The translations under genes were made by a program, and so were the position numbers. From Candidatus Tectimicrobiota bacterium (GTDB lineage Bacteria; JACPUC01): 64,000 nt of DNA. The notes under the pieces are model-generated. The model ran no database searches, was not told where the DNA came from, and was given only the letters and a program-made list of their open reading frames with translations. Location: contig JACPUC010000019.1 of NCBI GenBank assembly GCA_016192455.1, positions 248,001 to 312,000 on the forward strand, given 5' to 3'. This document shows positions 1 to 9,474 of this stretch, in pieces (positions within the stretch are counted from its first letter, which is position 1; each line of letters starts with the position of its first letter).

Positions 1-581
1 GCGAGGTCGGCGATCTGCGCCTCCAGGCTGGGGTGGGCGTGCGTCGCCGAGAAGTCGGGGTGGTCGTGCACGGGGGCGTGCATGAGGATGCCTTCGCGCG
101 CTTCCCAGGTGAGGTTCAAGCCTGGGAAGTTCGGGTAGCGGTGCTCCAGCACCTCCACCACGCGCAGGCTCTGCCGATTATGTTCGAAGCCCCCGAACTC
201 TTTCATGAGCTCGGCCATCACCCGCTCGCCACAGTGGCCGAACGGCGTATGCCCGAGATCATGGGAGAGCGCCACCGTCTCCGCCAACTCCTCGTTCAGA
301 CGCAGCACCCGCGCAATGGTGCGCGAGATCTGCGCCACCTCCATGCTATGGGTGAGCCGGGTGCGGTAGTAATCCCCTTCGTGGTAGACGAAGACCTGCG
401 TCTTGTACTCCAGGCGTCGAAAGGCCGAGCTGTGAACGATGCGGTCACGGTCGCGCTGAAAGGCCGTGCGGTACGGATGCTCCGGCTCCGGGAACTTGCG
501 CCCGCGGGAGGCGCCGCTGTGCACCGCGTACGGGGCCAGGCGCTGCGCCTCGCTCGTCTCGTACTCCTGCCGCGTGAGCAT
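1..581 (-). CDS. dgt: dGTP triphosphohydrolase (HD domain), 3' end runs off the window
   Basis: Manual minus-strand translation from ATG 581: MLTRQEYE...[27 protein letters not shown]...[13 protein letters not shown]...[13 protein letters not shown]...[13 protein letters not shown]. These are the Dgt signature motifs. Absent from the ORF track because it is truncated. Confidence 0.93.
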   Translation of the reverse strand, partial: MLTRQEYETSEAQRLAPYAVHSGASRGRKFPEPEHPYRTAFQRDRDRIVHSSAFRRLEYKTQVFVYHEGDYYRTRLTHSMEVAQISRTIARVLRLNEELAETVALSHDLGHTPFGHCGERVMAELMKEFGGFEHNRQSLRVVEVLEHRYPNFPGLNLTWEAREGILMHAPVHDHPDFSATHAHPSLEAQIADL

Positions 582-607
582 CGGGAGCGTTAGGATCGCC
601 ATACTCC

Positions 608-1345
608 TCAACCCTGCGACCCCTTGAGCCGCACCTTCAGCGACTCGATCTTCAACGACAGGTCCATCCCCGCCGCCGCGTCGGGATACGCCTCATTCAG
701 TTCGCTGTAACTCTTCAGCGCCGCCTGAAGGTTGTTCATCTGCTCGTAGCAGCGGGCGATTCCCAACAGCGCCTCGCCCTTGGCGCGCGCGCCGGCTTGC
801 TCGAGGATACGCCGATAGGAGTCGACGGCGGCGTCATATCGCTTTTGGGCGTGCAGGGCGTTCGCCTCGCCGAGCTGCGCCAGCTCCCACAGGGGGTGCT
901 CGCCGGGCTTGAGGTCCTGGGCTAGGGCGCGGTAGATCTCCGCACCCTGTTCGTAGTTCCCCCGTTCCACCTCGAGACTGGCGAGGGAGAAGCGCGCCAG
1001 CGTCGCCATCGGCAGCGAGCTGTACATGGCGCTGAGGGTGCGCAGCTTCTGGGCGGCTGCCTCCCACACCTCGCCGGCGTTCTCTTTCTTGCCCTCGTCA
1101 TTCCCGCCCGCGTCATTCAGCGTGGCGAGCACGGCGCTGTAAGCACTTGCGGCGCGGGCGGCGCGTGCCTCGCGGTAGCGACGCACCCCCGTCACCGCCA
1201 GGGCCGCCGCCAGCACCACGACGATGCCGACGAGCACCGCGCGGTTATGCCGGCGCACAAAGAGCTCGGCGCGCGTGTAGGCGCTCAGAAACTCGTCGGG
1301 CTCCTTCAATAACGTCTTCCGTGTCTTTCGTCGAGTTCTCGCCAA
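608..1345 (-). CDS. YfgM-like membrane-anchored tetratricopeptide-repeat protein
   Basis: N-terminal LLKEPDEF motif, one TM helix, then TPR-like helices ([22 protein letters not shown]). Confidence 0.75.
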   Translation of the reverse strand: MARTRRKTRKTLLKEPDEFLSAYTRAELFVRRHNRAVLVGIVVVLAAALAVTGVRRYREARAARAASAYSAVLATLNDAGGNDEGKKENAGEVWEAAAQKLRTLSAMYSSLPMATLARFSLASLEVERGNYEQGAEIYRALAQDLKPGEHPLWELAQLGEANALHAQKRYDAAVDSYRRILEQAGARAKGEALLGIARCYEQMNNLQAALKSYSELNEAYPDAAAGMDLSLKIESLKVRLKGSQG

Positions 1346-1464
1346 TGTGCGTGTCCTCTCTACCTGGAAGTTCGTCGTACGCTAGCACTTCATCAGGTGA
1401 TTTTCAAGCCACCGACCCCTGGCCCTGTCGCGCCGCGCGACGCACACCGCGCCCCGACGGGGCG

Positions 1465-3174
1465 CTAGGCGCCGTCGCGGCGCCGGTAGACCTCGATGCC
1501 ATCGAAACGCAGGTGCGGCGTCGGCGGCTGCGGGTCAACGTCCTGGTCCCACCGGTAGATGCTGCGCGGCGCGGCCGGCACCACCACCCCCACCTTCACG
1601 TAGTGCTCCCGAAGGTACCGCACGAGCCACGCAAAGATGCGCTTCGGCGACCTCTCCCGCACCAGCCACGAGGTCCAGACCTTGACGAAGACGATGTAGC
1701 GCGGCGCCGCGGCCTCGATCTCGCGGATCATCTCCTCCTGCATGCGCCGGGCGAAGGGGTAGTCCTGCATGAGGGCGTAAAGATGAATGTAGCCCGTGGC
1801 CGAGAGCCGGTCGGCGTAAAAGTAAATCTGCGGCTCCGATCCGAGGACGGCGATGCGGTCCTCCTTCGTGGTGCGCGCCTTGATGTAGTCGGCGATGACG
1901 AGCGACTCCGGGAAGGGGTTGAGGCCGTAAGTGGCTCGCGTCGCCTCCTGGGGAGTCACGGCGAAGAGGTAGCGCCGTTCGTTCACGACCCCTTGCAGCA
2001 GGGCCAGCAGCATGATGCCGACGCCGATCGCGCGCGCGGCGTTCGGCGGGAGGCGACGCCGCAGCGCGGCCTGGCGCCCCGCCAAGCGCTGCAGGGCGCG
2101 AACCCCCAGGCCGACAAGCAGTGCGGCGGCCGGCAGCAGGAGAACGAAGTAGTGCGGCCGGAAGAAGTAGCCGGGAGTCGTCGCCAGAAAGGAGGCGATG
2201 ACGACGAGCCACATGGTGCGTGCCGAGCGCCAGGCGCAAGGCCACGCCAGCGACACCAGGCCGACGCCCGCCAATCCCCAGAGCAGCGGCGCCGCCGCCA
2301 CGATGCGGCCGCCGTTGCTCTGGAGCTGCCGCGCTCCCACCGCCAGCGGCAGGGAGACGACATACTCCTTGGCATAGGTGAAGGTCCAGAACCAGAACTT
2401 CTCGAATGCCCCGGTCAGCCAGAGAGCGACACAGGTCCCCAGGAGGGGAAGGCTGGCCGTGGCGGCGACGAGCGCCGCCTGCCGCAGCCGACGTTTCCCC
2501 GGCGAGTCTGCATAGGTGATCAGCGGCAGGGCAATGCCGAGGAGAACAAAGAGGAAGCCGGGCTGCTTCATGAGGAAGCCAAGGCCTAGGAGCAGGCCGC
2601 TCAGCGCTATCGCAGAAGCCTTGCCGGACTCCATGCCGCGCAGCAACAGGAGCAAGCCTGCCAGCGCCGGCAGGACGACGAAGTGCTCCGCCTGGGCAAA
2701 GATGCCTTGCACCGACCTGCTCAACGACAGCAGCGCGAAGCTCGCCGCAGCCAGAAGGCCGATCTCTTCGTCAAAGAGACGCCGACCCAAGCGCCAAAGG
2801 AGCAGGGTGGTCCCCGCATTGATCAGAAGCAAGCCAAGGTGAATGCCGACCAGGGTCTGGCCGAAGAGGCCCATGATGAGGGCGTAGGCGAAGTAAACGC
2901 CGGGCAGCTTGTACTGGTAGGCCAGCGTGTAAGGGGGGTAGCCTTTCAGGAGGAGCTGCGCCATGTAGGCGTTCTCCCCCTCGTCGCGCTCCATCGGCGC
3001 CTCGAGAAGCCGCGTGCGGATCAGCGCCGCGCCGAGAAGAATCGCCGCCATGATCAGCCAGGGCGCCAGGCGGGCGAACCGCGCCCGGTATCGAATTATG
3101 CGCGACCCTTGCACGGCGAACCCCGGTGGCTTGTCAAACTCTGGTGAGGGCGCATCGCACGCGTCTCGAAACAA
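1465..3174 (-). CDS. GT-C fold glycosyltransferase (ArnT/PMT-like, family 39); start uncertain
   Basis: Polytopic membrane protein with a first-loop acidic motif ERDEGENAYMAQ and KLPG, LMKQPG and HYF motifs. Confidence 0.75.
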   Translation of the reverse strand: MFRDACDAPSPEFDKPPGFAVQGSRIIRYRARFARLAPWLIMAAILLGAALIRTRLLEAPMERDEGENAYMAQLLLKGYPPYTLAYQYKLPGVYFAYALIMGLFGQTLVGIHLGLLLINAGTTLLLWRLGRRLFDEEIGLLAAASFALLSLSRSVQGIFAQAEHFVVLPALAGLLLLLRGMESGKASAIALSGLLLGLGFLMKQPGFLFVLLGIALPLITYADSPGKRRLRQAALVAATASLPLLGTCVALWLTGAFEKFWFWTFTYAKEYVVSLPLAVGARQLQSNGGRIVAAAPLLWGLAGVGLVSLAWPCAWRSARTMWLVVIASFLATTPGYFFRPHYFVLLLPAAALLVGLGVRALQRLAGRQAALRRRLPPNAARAIGVGIMLLALLQGVVNERRYLFAVTPQEATRATYGLNPFPESLVIADYIKARTTKEDRIAVLGSEPQIYFYADRLSATGYIHLYALMQDYPFARRMQEEMIREIEAAAPRYIVFVKVWTSWLVRERSPKRIFAWLVRYLREHYVKVGVVVPAAPRSIYRWDQDVDPQPPTPHLRFDGIEVYRRRDGA

Positions 3175-3260
3175 ATGGTGTCGCCCGATGGCCCGGCTTA
3201 TCGACCCTCATCCCTGCCATGGAACCCCCTGTCGTCTACTCGGTGAGGAAAGGAGTTGAT

Positions 3261-3878
3261 GTGGGGGATGCTGCCGCGCCGGACGACAACCTCCTGGTGG
3301 CGCGCTGCCTGGCGGGAGACGCCACGGCGTACGAGCCTCTCGTTCGACGCCACCAGGCGGGCGTGCAGCGCCTGGTGCGCCGCTACCTCGGGCGCGATGA
3401 CGAGGCGGTGGATGACATGGCGCAGGAAGTCTTCGTGAAGGCCTACTACTCGCTCGACAGCTTTCATGGTCGCTCCAGCTTCACGAGCTGGCTCTACCGC
3501 ATCACCGTCAACCAGTGCCTCGACGAGCTGAAGCGCCGGCGGCGCAGCGCCAGGCGTTTGCAGGAGACCGCGGCGGAGCTCGTCCCTCACGGCCCCTCCA
3601 CAGTGGCGAACGCGCCGGAGGGTGAAGGTCCGCCGGCGCCGCATCCCGACCCAGCGCCGCCGTTCGAGGGAGCCCTGCGGGAGGCGATCGAGCACCTGCC
3701 GCTGCCGCAACGCAGCGTTGTCATTCTAAAGGAACTCGAGCAGCTCAGCTATCAGGACGTGGCGGCGGCCCTGCGCACCTCGGTGGGCACCGTGAAGTCC
3801 CGGCTGGCGCGCGCACGCGCCACGCTGCGCCGCCGCTTGGAGCCGCTGCTGCACCATCGACAAGGCCATACCCCATGA
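3261..3878 (+). CDS. ECF sigma-70 factor
   Basis: Region 2 DDMAQEVFVKAY...SFTSWLYRITVNQCLD; region 4 LSYQDVAAALRTSVGTVKSRLARAR. GTG start at 3261 follows an AGGAG RBS. Confidence 0.93.
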   Translation: MGDAAAPDDNLLVARCLAGDATAYEPLVRRHQAGVQRLVRRYLGRDDEAVDDMAQEVFVKAYYSLDSFHGRSSFTSWLYRITVNQCLDELKRRRRSARRLQETAAELVPHGPSTVANAPEGEGPPAPHPDPAPPFEGALREAIEHLPLPQRSVVILKELEQLSYQDVAAALRTSVGTVKSRLARARATLRRRLEPLLHHRQGHTP

Positions 3879-4342
3879 CCTGCCGCACCTGTCGCACCTC
3901 CTTCGCTGACTACCTCGGGGGCGTCCTGCCGCCGCGGCGCGCCGCCAAGCTCGAGGCGCACGTGGCGCGCTGCGCCGCCTGCGCCGCCGGCTTGGAGGAG
4001 GAACGGCGCCTCACCGAGGCCCTCCGCAGTCTGGTCGACCAGCCGCTCCCCGGTCGTGACCTGTGGCCCGCCATCGCGGCGCGGCTGGCGCGCGAGCGAC
4101 GCGTTGAGTCAGCGCGCAGCGTTTGGGATGCTCTCTTCAGTCTCGGCCTGCGGCTGGTCCCCGCCTGCGCGGCCGTGCTGCTCCTGAGCCTCGGCCTCTC
4201 CCTTTACCAGGCCGGGCGCCTGCAGCGCTCCACGCTGAGCCTGCGCAGGGACCTCCAGGCGGCCCCCGCCACCATCGTGGCAAGCCTGCAGGAGCCGACG
4301 GCGAACGACCTCGTGAGCTGGCTCACGGTTGAGAAGGACTGA
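3875..4342 (+). CDS. Zinc-finger (zf-HC2/ZAS) transmembrane anti-sigma factor
   Basis: HxxxCxxC motif (HVARCAAC), one TM helix, ATGA overlap with the sigma gene. Confidence 0.88.
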   Translation: MTCRTCRTSFADYLGGVLPPRRAAKLEAHVARCAACAAGLEEERRLTEALRSLVDQPLPGRDLWPAIAARLARERRVESARSVWDALFSLGLRLVPACAAVLLLSLGLSLYQAGRLQRSTLSLRRDLQAAPATIVASLQEPTANDLVSWLTVEKD

Positions 4343-4344
4343 TT

Positions 4345-4968
4345 ATGGACAACGCTTCCCCCACCACTCCGGGCCTGCCCCCGCCACCGCGTCGGGCACG
4401 CGGCAAGGCCCTCCTGGTGCTCCTCGGGGTCTTCGCGCTGGGGCTGGGGAGCGGCCTGGTGCTGGATCGGGCATGGGTGGCGCGCCGGAACGCGGAGCTC
4501 CTCCCGGGGCCGCCATTCTTCCTGCGGCAGGCGGATGCCATGCACACCTTGATGGAGCAGCTCCACCTCAGCCCCGAGCAGCGGGCGCGCGTCGGCTCGG
4601 CCATCGAGCGCGGCGTGGAACGGTTCCGCGCCATGCGCCAGAACGTCCGCCCCGAGTTCTTCACGATCATGGAGGAGACGCGCGCAGCCATCGAGGCGGA
4701 GCTGACGCCCGAGCAGCGCGAGCGCTTCCGCCGCGACACGGCGCCCTTCATGCGCCACCGCACGCGCTGGATGGAACGCCATCACCGCGAAATGGGGATG
4801 GGCCCCGGCGGCATGGGCGGCATGCGCCAACGGATGGGCATGCCTCCCGGCAGCGAACGCGAATCTGGGCCGGCGGCCGGTCCACCATCTCTCCCAACTC
4901 CTGAATCCAGAGGAGCACCTGTCGAGGAACCCTCAACCCGGCCCGACACGCCGACCCGTAGCAAGTGA
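4345..4968 (+). CDS. Membrane-anchored periplasmic Spy/CpxP/CnrX-like (heavy-metal sensor family) protein
   Basis: N-terminal TM helix, two LxPEQ motifs (LHLSPEQR, ELTPEQRERF), His/Met/Gly-rich C-terminal tail. Confidence 0.75.
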   Translation: MDNASPTTPGLPPPPRRARGKALLVLLGVFALGLGSGLVLDRAWVARRNAELLPGPPFFLRQADAMHTLMEQLHLSPEQRARVGSAIERGVERFRAMRQNVRPEFFTIMEETRAAIEAELTPEQRERFRRDTAPFMRHRTRWMERHHREMGMGPGGMGGMRQRMGMPPGSERESGPAAGPPSLPTPESRGAPVEEPSTRPDTPTRSK

Positions 4969-5114
4969 GGCTTTCCATAAGAGTCACGACGTCGTACAGC
5001 CGGTCCTTGCGGCTGACCGCCACTCAGGCAGAACGCGACACAAGGCGCGTGTCAGGAAGATCGCTTCACCCGACACCTCGACCTTTGCGACACCGGTGAA
5101 GGAGAGATGCCATG
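4899..5114 (+). repeat. Degenerate ~210 bp direct repeat, copy 1 (gene tail, intergenic region, RBS and start)
   Basis: Shares CCTCAACCCGGCCCGACACGCCGACCCGTAGC, TGCGGCTGACCGCCA and GAAGGAGAGA..ATG with 5592..5806. Confidence 0.85.
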
Positions 5115-5596
5115 CGTACGACGGGCGCGGTTTTGGCTGCGGGATGGTGGCCGGTGGCTGGGGCGGTCCGGACATGATGAGGCCAGGCATGTTGGGAGCG
5201 GGGATGGGAGGTTTCGGCATGGGCGGCTGGGGCTTCGGCGGCGGTCTGAACCTCACCGACCAGCAGCAGCACGACCTTCAGCAGCTTCATGATACCCATC
5301 GCACCGCTATGATCCAGATGTGGGAGCAGTTCTCCGACGCGCAACGGGCCATGGAAGACTTGCTCCTCCGCGACAATCCCGACCAGACGACCGTCACGGC
5401 CGGAATTGCCGAGGTCAACCGCCTGCGCGACAAGCTGGCGACCTCACACGTCAACACCTGCCTTCAGGTGTTGCAAACGATCCTGACGCCTGAGCAGCGC
5501 GCGCGACTCCATGAGCGCCGCCAGGCGTGGCATGATCAGCGAGGAGTAAATGAATCGGCAGTCTGCGGCTTCGAGAGCCACTCTGCCGCCCCCTGA
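5096..5596 (+). pseudogene. Spy/CpxP-family paralog lacking a signal peptide; probable decaying tandem duplicate
   Basis: Similar to 5804..6457 (GLNLTDQQQ...ILTPEQR). The ATG homologous to the paralog start (5112, after the RBS) is out of frame and the signal-peptide coding segment is missing. Confidence 0.55.
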
Positions 5597-5806
5597 ATGT
5601 GGAGGAACCTCTGTCGAAGAACCCTCAACCCGGCCCGACACGCCGACCCGTAGCCAGTGAGGCTTCCCGCCTCCGTCAGCAGATGCGGCGGCGCCTTGAT
5701 GCGGCTGACCGCCAGTTACGAGAAACGAGTCGCCAGGCGGGTGCCGGAACAATCACTTGCGCCGCCACTCCGACCCGTGTGACTTAACCGAAGGAGAGAA
5801 ACGATG
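5592..5806 (+). repeat. Degenerate ~210 bp direct repeat, copy 2
   Basis: See copy 1. One frame reads PECGGTSVEEPSTRPDTPTRSQ*, matching PESRGAPVEEPSTRPDTPTRSK* at the end of 4345..4968. Confidence 0.85.
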
Positions 5807-6457
5807 CAGACGACAAAGAAAACCCAGAGCACCAGTGGACGCTGGCTTGTCATCGGCCTGGCCGCCCTGCTCATCCTTGGTGTGGCCACCTACGCCAGCG
5901 CCCAGCGCGGCGGTCGCGGCTATGGCTACGGCATGATGGGCGGTGGCATGGGCGGTCCGGGCATGATGGGTGGTGGCTCCGGTGGCCGGGCCATGATGGG
6001 TGGTGGCATGGGCGGTCCGGGCATGATGGGGCCGGGCATGATGGGCGGCGGGGGCTTCGGCGGCCTTAACCTCACCGACGAGCAGCGCCAGGCTCTCGAC
6101 GATCTCCGTACCAGCCAGCTCACCGCCATGACTCAGACCCGGCAGCAGCTTTCCGACGCCCAACAGGCCCTGCAGGAGCTGCTCCTGGCCGAAACTCCCG
6201 ACCAGGCGGCCATCGACGCCGCTGTCACCGAGGTCAGCCGCTTGCGCACCGAGCTGATGCGCGCCCAGATCAACGCGCGGCTGCGTATCCTGCGGGAGAT
6301 CCTGACCCCTGAGCAGCGCACGGAACTCCGTGAGCGCCGCCAGGAGTGGCTCGACGAGTATGCGACCCAGGAAGCCGTCCCCGGCCGGCGCGGCGGGGGC
6401 CCTGGCTTCGGCATGGGGCATATGGGTGGCGGCCCCGGCTGGATGCACGGCTTCTGA
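5804..6457 (+). CDS. Spy/CpxP/ZraP-family periplasmic protein with Gly-Met-rich N-terminal tract
   Basis: Signal peptide ending ASA, GMMGG repeats with 60-bp DNA periodicity at ~5932-6050, LTDEQ and LTPEQ motifs. Confidence 0.85.
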   Translation: MQTTKKTQSTSGRWLVIGLAALLILGVATYASAQRGGRGYGYGMMGGGMGGPGMMGGGSGGRAMMGGGMGGPGMMGPGMMGGGGFGGLNLTDEQRQALDDLRTSQLTAMTQTRQQLSDAQQALQELLLAETPDQAAIDAAVTEVSRLRTELMRAQINARLRILREILTPEQRTELRERRQEWLDEYATQEAVPGRRGGGPGFGMGHMGGGPGWMHGF

Positions 6458-6501
6458 ACCGGCGCCACGCCGCTTCCAGGAGGCGCTTTGAAGAGCGCCA
6501 G

Positions 6502-6541
6502 ACGCAACAAGGCAGCCGCACCGGCTGCCTTGTTGCGTTTC
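6502..6541. terminator. Perfect 17-bp stem hairpin between convergent genes
   Basis: ACGCAACAAGGCAGCCG-cac-CGGCTGCCTTGTTGCGT followed by only a short T run. Confidence 0.6.
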
Positions 6542-6668
6542 GCTCGCCGCCGCGCAGCGGCAGCCTCGCCGAGGAGGGATCCGAAGAGCCTCAGGGGGAG
6601 ACTGGGAACGGGAGCTACCGGGCGCCCTTCGGACCAATGCAGACTGCGTAGCCCCTCTCCCCGCCGGT

Positions 6669-8345
6669 CTACTTGGCGTTCAGGTCATACACTTTATCCA
6701 GCTCGCTGTTGGGCACGTCGAAGACCATCTTGTTCGTGGGGATCGGCTCCACCTTCATGAACTCCGGCAGGTGGTCCGCGGCGCGGGTGTAACCGGCGTC
6801 GCGGTTGAAGGCCCACTCGTCCTGCAGAATCTCCCAGCCCATGTTGCGCAGGTCATCCTTGCTGATGGTCTCGCCCAGGCAGGCGCTGTAGAAACCGGCG
6901 ATCGCCTCCATCGGCGGCTCCTGGAACTGACAAAAGCCGCTGGAGTCGACCACGGCGTTGTAGATCTGCGACTCGCGCGACTTCACGGCCAGCCCTTCCC
7001 AGCTCTTCGTGCCGCCGAACACCAGGCCGGCGGTGTGGTCCGCTCCCATCGGGCTGGTGCAGTAAGTGATGCCGGTGGCGCGCAGAGTCCGCGGCTCCCA
7101 GGCGGGCACGGCCTGCCCCTTGACGACCGGGATGCGCTCGACGTTGAAGGCCCGCCCGGTGACCGCCGCGCCGCTGCCGATAATGCGCCCCAGCGGCGTG
7201 CCCTTCTCCATCTCCGCAAAGAGGTTGCGCATACCGGCCACGTCGCCGAACGGCAGCACGCCGCCGTCCATGGCCACCGCGATGGCCGCCCCGGTCTCGA
7301 TGGTGTCCATCCCCAGCTCGTCGCAGAGGCGGTCGAACTCGGCGATGGCGTCGAGGTCATCAACGCCGCAGTTGGCGCCGAGGAGCGCCAGAGTCTCGAA
7401 CTCGAGGGCCGAGGTGACGTACTCCTTCTTCTCGTTGTAGATGGTGTTCGAGCACTGCACGATGCAGCCGGCCAGGCAGTTGTGCATGCCGCCGCCGCGC
7501 GTCTCGAAGGTGGCGAAGATGGCGTCGGCGTTGATCTTGCTGTGCCCCTCGAAGGAGCCGCTGCGGCGGTTGCGGGTGGGCAGGTTGCCCCACTCGCTCG
7601 CCATGTCCACGACGATGGCGGTGCCCTTGGCGTAAGCGTTCTTCTTGCCGCGCCAAGTGGTGACGAAGTCGCTGATCTTCTTCCGGTAGTCGTCATTCTC
7701 CTCGGCCTTCAGGGCGATGGTGCCATGGTCGTCGATGATGACGGCCTTCAGGCCCTTCGTTCCCATCACCGCGCCGAGGCCGCCGCGCGCTGCGTGGCGG
7801 GTGGGGTAGCGGTTGTCGAGGTCGGTGATGGCGACGCTGGCGTTGCCGTAGCCCAGCTCGCCGGCGGGACCGACCATAAGGAAGGCGGCGCGCTTGTCGG
7901 CGTTCTTGCCGAGCTGCTCGGCGCAGGCGTAAGTGCGCATGAGGCGCAGCTCATCGGCGCGGATCAGTTCGGGACCCTTGGAGGTGATGGTGAGGACGTA
8001 GGTCCCCCGATCCTTCGTGCGCCCCTCGACGATCACCGCCCGGTAGCCGAGGCGCCGCAGCTTCTGGCCGAACTGTCCGCCGGCGTTCGCCTCCTTGATG
8101 CCGTTCGTCAGCGGGCTCTTGCCACCGACGGAGGTGCGCCCCGAGGTCGGGGCCGCCGTGCCGGTGAGGACGCCGGGCGCCAGGATGAGCTTGTTGAACT
8201 CCCCCATCGGATCGCAGTTCCCCGGCACCTCCCTGCGCAGAATCTTGGCGCTGAGGCCGCGACCACCGAAGCGTTCCCACTCCTTCGGGAATTCATCCTC
8301 GCGCACCGTGTGGTCCGTCATGTTGACTCGCAGCAGCTTAGCCAT
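6669..8345 (-). CDS. aor: Aldehyde:ferredoxin oxidoreductase (AOR, tungstopterin family)
   Basis: KSPLTNGIKEANAGG, HAARGGLGAVMGTKGLKAV, CLAGCIVQC, EFET, DELGMDTI and GADH motifs. Confidence 0.92.
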   Translation of the reverse strand: MAKLLRVNMTDHTVREDEFPKEWERFGGRGLSAKILRREVPGNCDPMGEFNKLILAPGVLTGTAAPTSGRTSVGGKSPLTNGIKEANAGGQFGQKLRRLGYRAVIVEGRTKDRGTYVLTITSKGPELIRADELRLMRTYACAEQLGKNADKRAAFLMVGPAGELGYGNASVAITDLDNRYPTRHAARGGLGAVMGTKGLKAVIIDDHGTIALKAEENDDYRKKISDFVTTWRGKKNAYAKGTAIVVDMASEWGNLPTRNRRSGSFEGHSKINADAIFATFETRGGGMHNCLAGCIVQCSNTIYNEKKEYVTSALEFETLALLGANCGVDDLDAIAEFDRLCDELGMDTIETGAAIAVAMDGGVLPFGDVAGMRNLFAEMEKGTPLGRIIGSGAAVTGRAFNVERIPVVKGQAVPAWEPRTLRATGITYCTSPMGADHTAGLVFGGTKSWEGLAVKSRESQIYNAVVDSSGFCQFQEPPMEAIAGFYSACLGETISKDDLRNMGWEILQDEWAFNRDAGYTRAADHLPEFMKVEPIPTNKMVFDVPNSELDKVYDLNAK

Positions 8346-8505
8346 GGCATCACCCTTTCAGTTCGCGTTCGGCCGAAGCCGCGCCGCCCTGTGAACATTG
8401 CCAACGGTGCCCACCCCAGACGCTCCTCCCCGGCCTGCGGAACTCGCCGACCAGCCCGCCTTGCGTCCCCCGTCTCCCCAGACCAGCTCCGAGCGCAAAC
8501 CCAGC

Positions 8506-9399
8506 TCAGCCGGCGAGCTGCGCGGCTCTCTGGGGTAGATTCCGCACCCGCTCCGGATGGGTATAGATATTGAATGCCTCGCCGCGCAGAAAACCGATGA
8601 GGGTCAGGTTCGATTGCAACGCCAGCTCGACGGCCAGGCTGGTCGGCGCGGAGACCGCCGCGATCACCGGGATGCGCGCCATGAGAGCCTTCTGCACGAT
8701 CTCGAAGCTGATCCGCCCGCTCACCATGAGGAGGCAGGAATCGAGGGGGAGGCGATCCCGCAGCAGCATCGAGCCGATCACCTTGTCGACCGCGTTGTGG
8801 CGCCCCACGTCCTCGCGCAGGAGAAGGAGCCGCCCGGCACTCGTGAAGAGCGCCGCCGCGTGCAGCCCGCCGGTCTGCGCGAAGAGTTCCTGCGCCTGAC
8901 GCATCCGGCGGTCCAGCAGCCGCAGCGTGCGCGCCTCGAGGCAGGTGGCGGAGGTCACGGGGGGCGCCGTGGTCATCACCGCCTCGATGCTGGTCTTGCC
9001 GCACACCCCGCAGCTCGACGAGGTGTAGAAGTGGCGGTGCAGCCGTAGCAGGTCCGGACGCCGCTCCATTGCGGTGGCGAGGCTGACGCTGTTGCGCTGC
9101 TCAGGATCCTCGCTGGACTGACAGAAGGAGAGGGCAACGAGATCATCGACCCCCTTCAAGATGCCCTCGCCAAAGAGGAAGCCGACCGCCAGTTCATCGT
9201 CATGTCCCGGCGTGCGCATGGTGATCGAGACCGTCTCCCCATCGAGGCGAATCTCAAGGGGTTCCTCGACGACGAGGGAATCGGGCGCGGCGTTGCTGGT
9301 GGAGCGCTCGACGTGCAGCAGCGCTCCTGGCGTAGCGCCCGCCGCGCGCCGCGGCGCCGGCCCTTGCGCCTCCTGACGCTGTCGCACGATGTCGCGCAT
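8506..9399 (-). CDS. fdhD: Formate dehydrogenase accessory sulfurtransferase FdhD
   Basis: EEPLEI, TMRTPGHD, SSCGVCGK, TGGLHAAA and EDVGRHNAVDK motifs. Confidence 0.95.
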   Translation of the reverse strand: MRDIVRQRQEAQGPAPRRAAGATPGALLHVERSTSNAAPDSLVVEEPLEIRLDGETVSITMRTPGHDDELAVGFLFGEGILKGVDDLVALSFCQSSEDPEQRNSVSLATAMERRPDLLRLHRHFYTSSSCGVCGKTSIEAVMTTAPPVTSATCLEARTLRLLDRRMRQAQELFAQTGGLHAAALFTSAGRLLLLREDVGRHNAVDKVIGSMLLRDRLPLDSCLLMVSGRISFEIVQKALMARIPVIAAVSAPTSLAVELALQSNLTLIGFLRGEAFNIYTHPERVRNLPQRAAQLAG

Positions 9400-9474
9400 G
9401 CTGCTCCCTGCGCCGTGGGCGTGCTATCCCGCGCCTCTCCCGTGACAAGCCGCCGCCGGCCCCCCTTGCCCCTA

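Noticed and set aside
33..593. 186-aa plus-strand ORF
   Set aside because: Antisense shadow of dgt; no motifs of its own.
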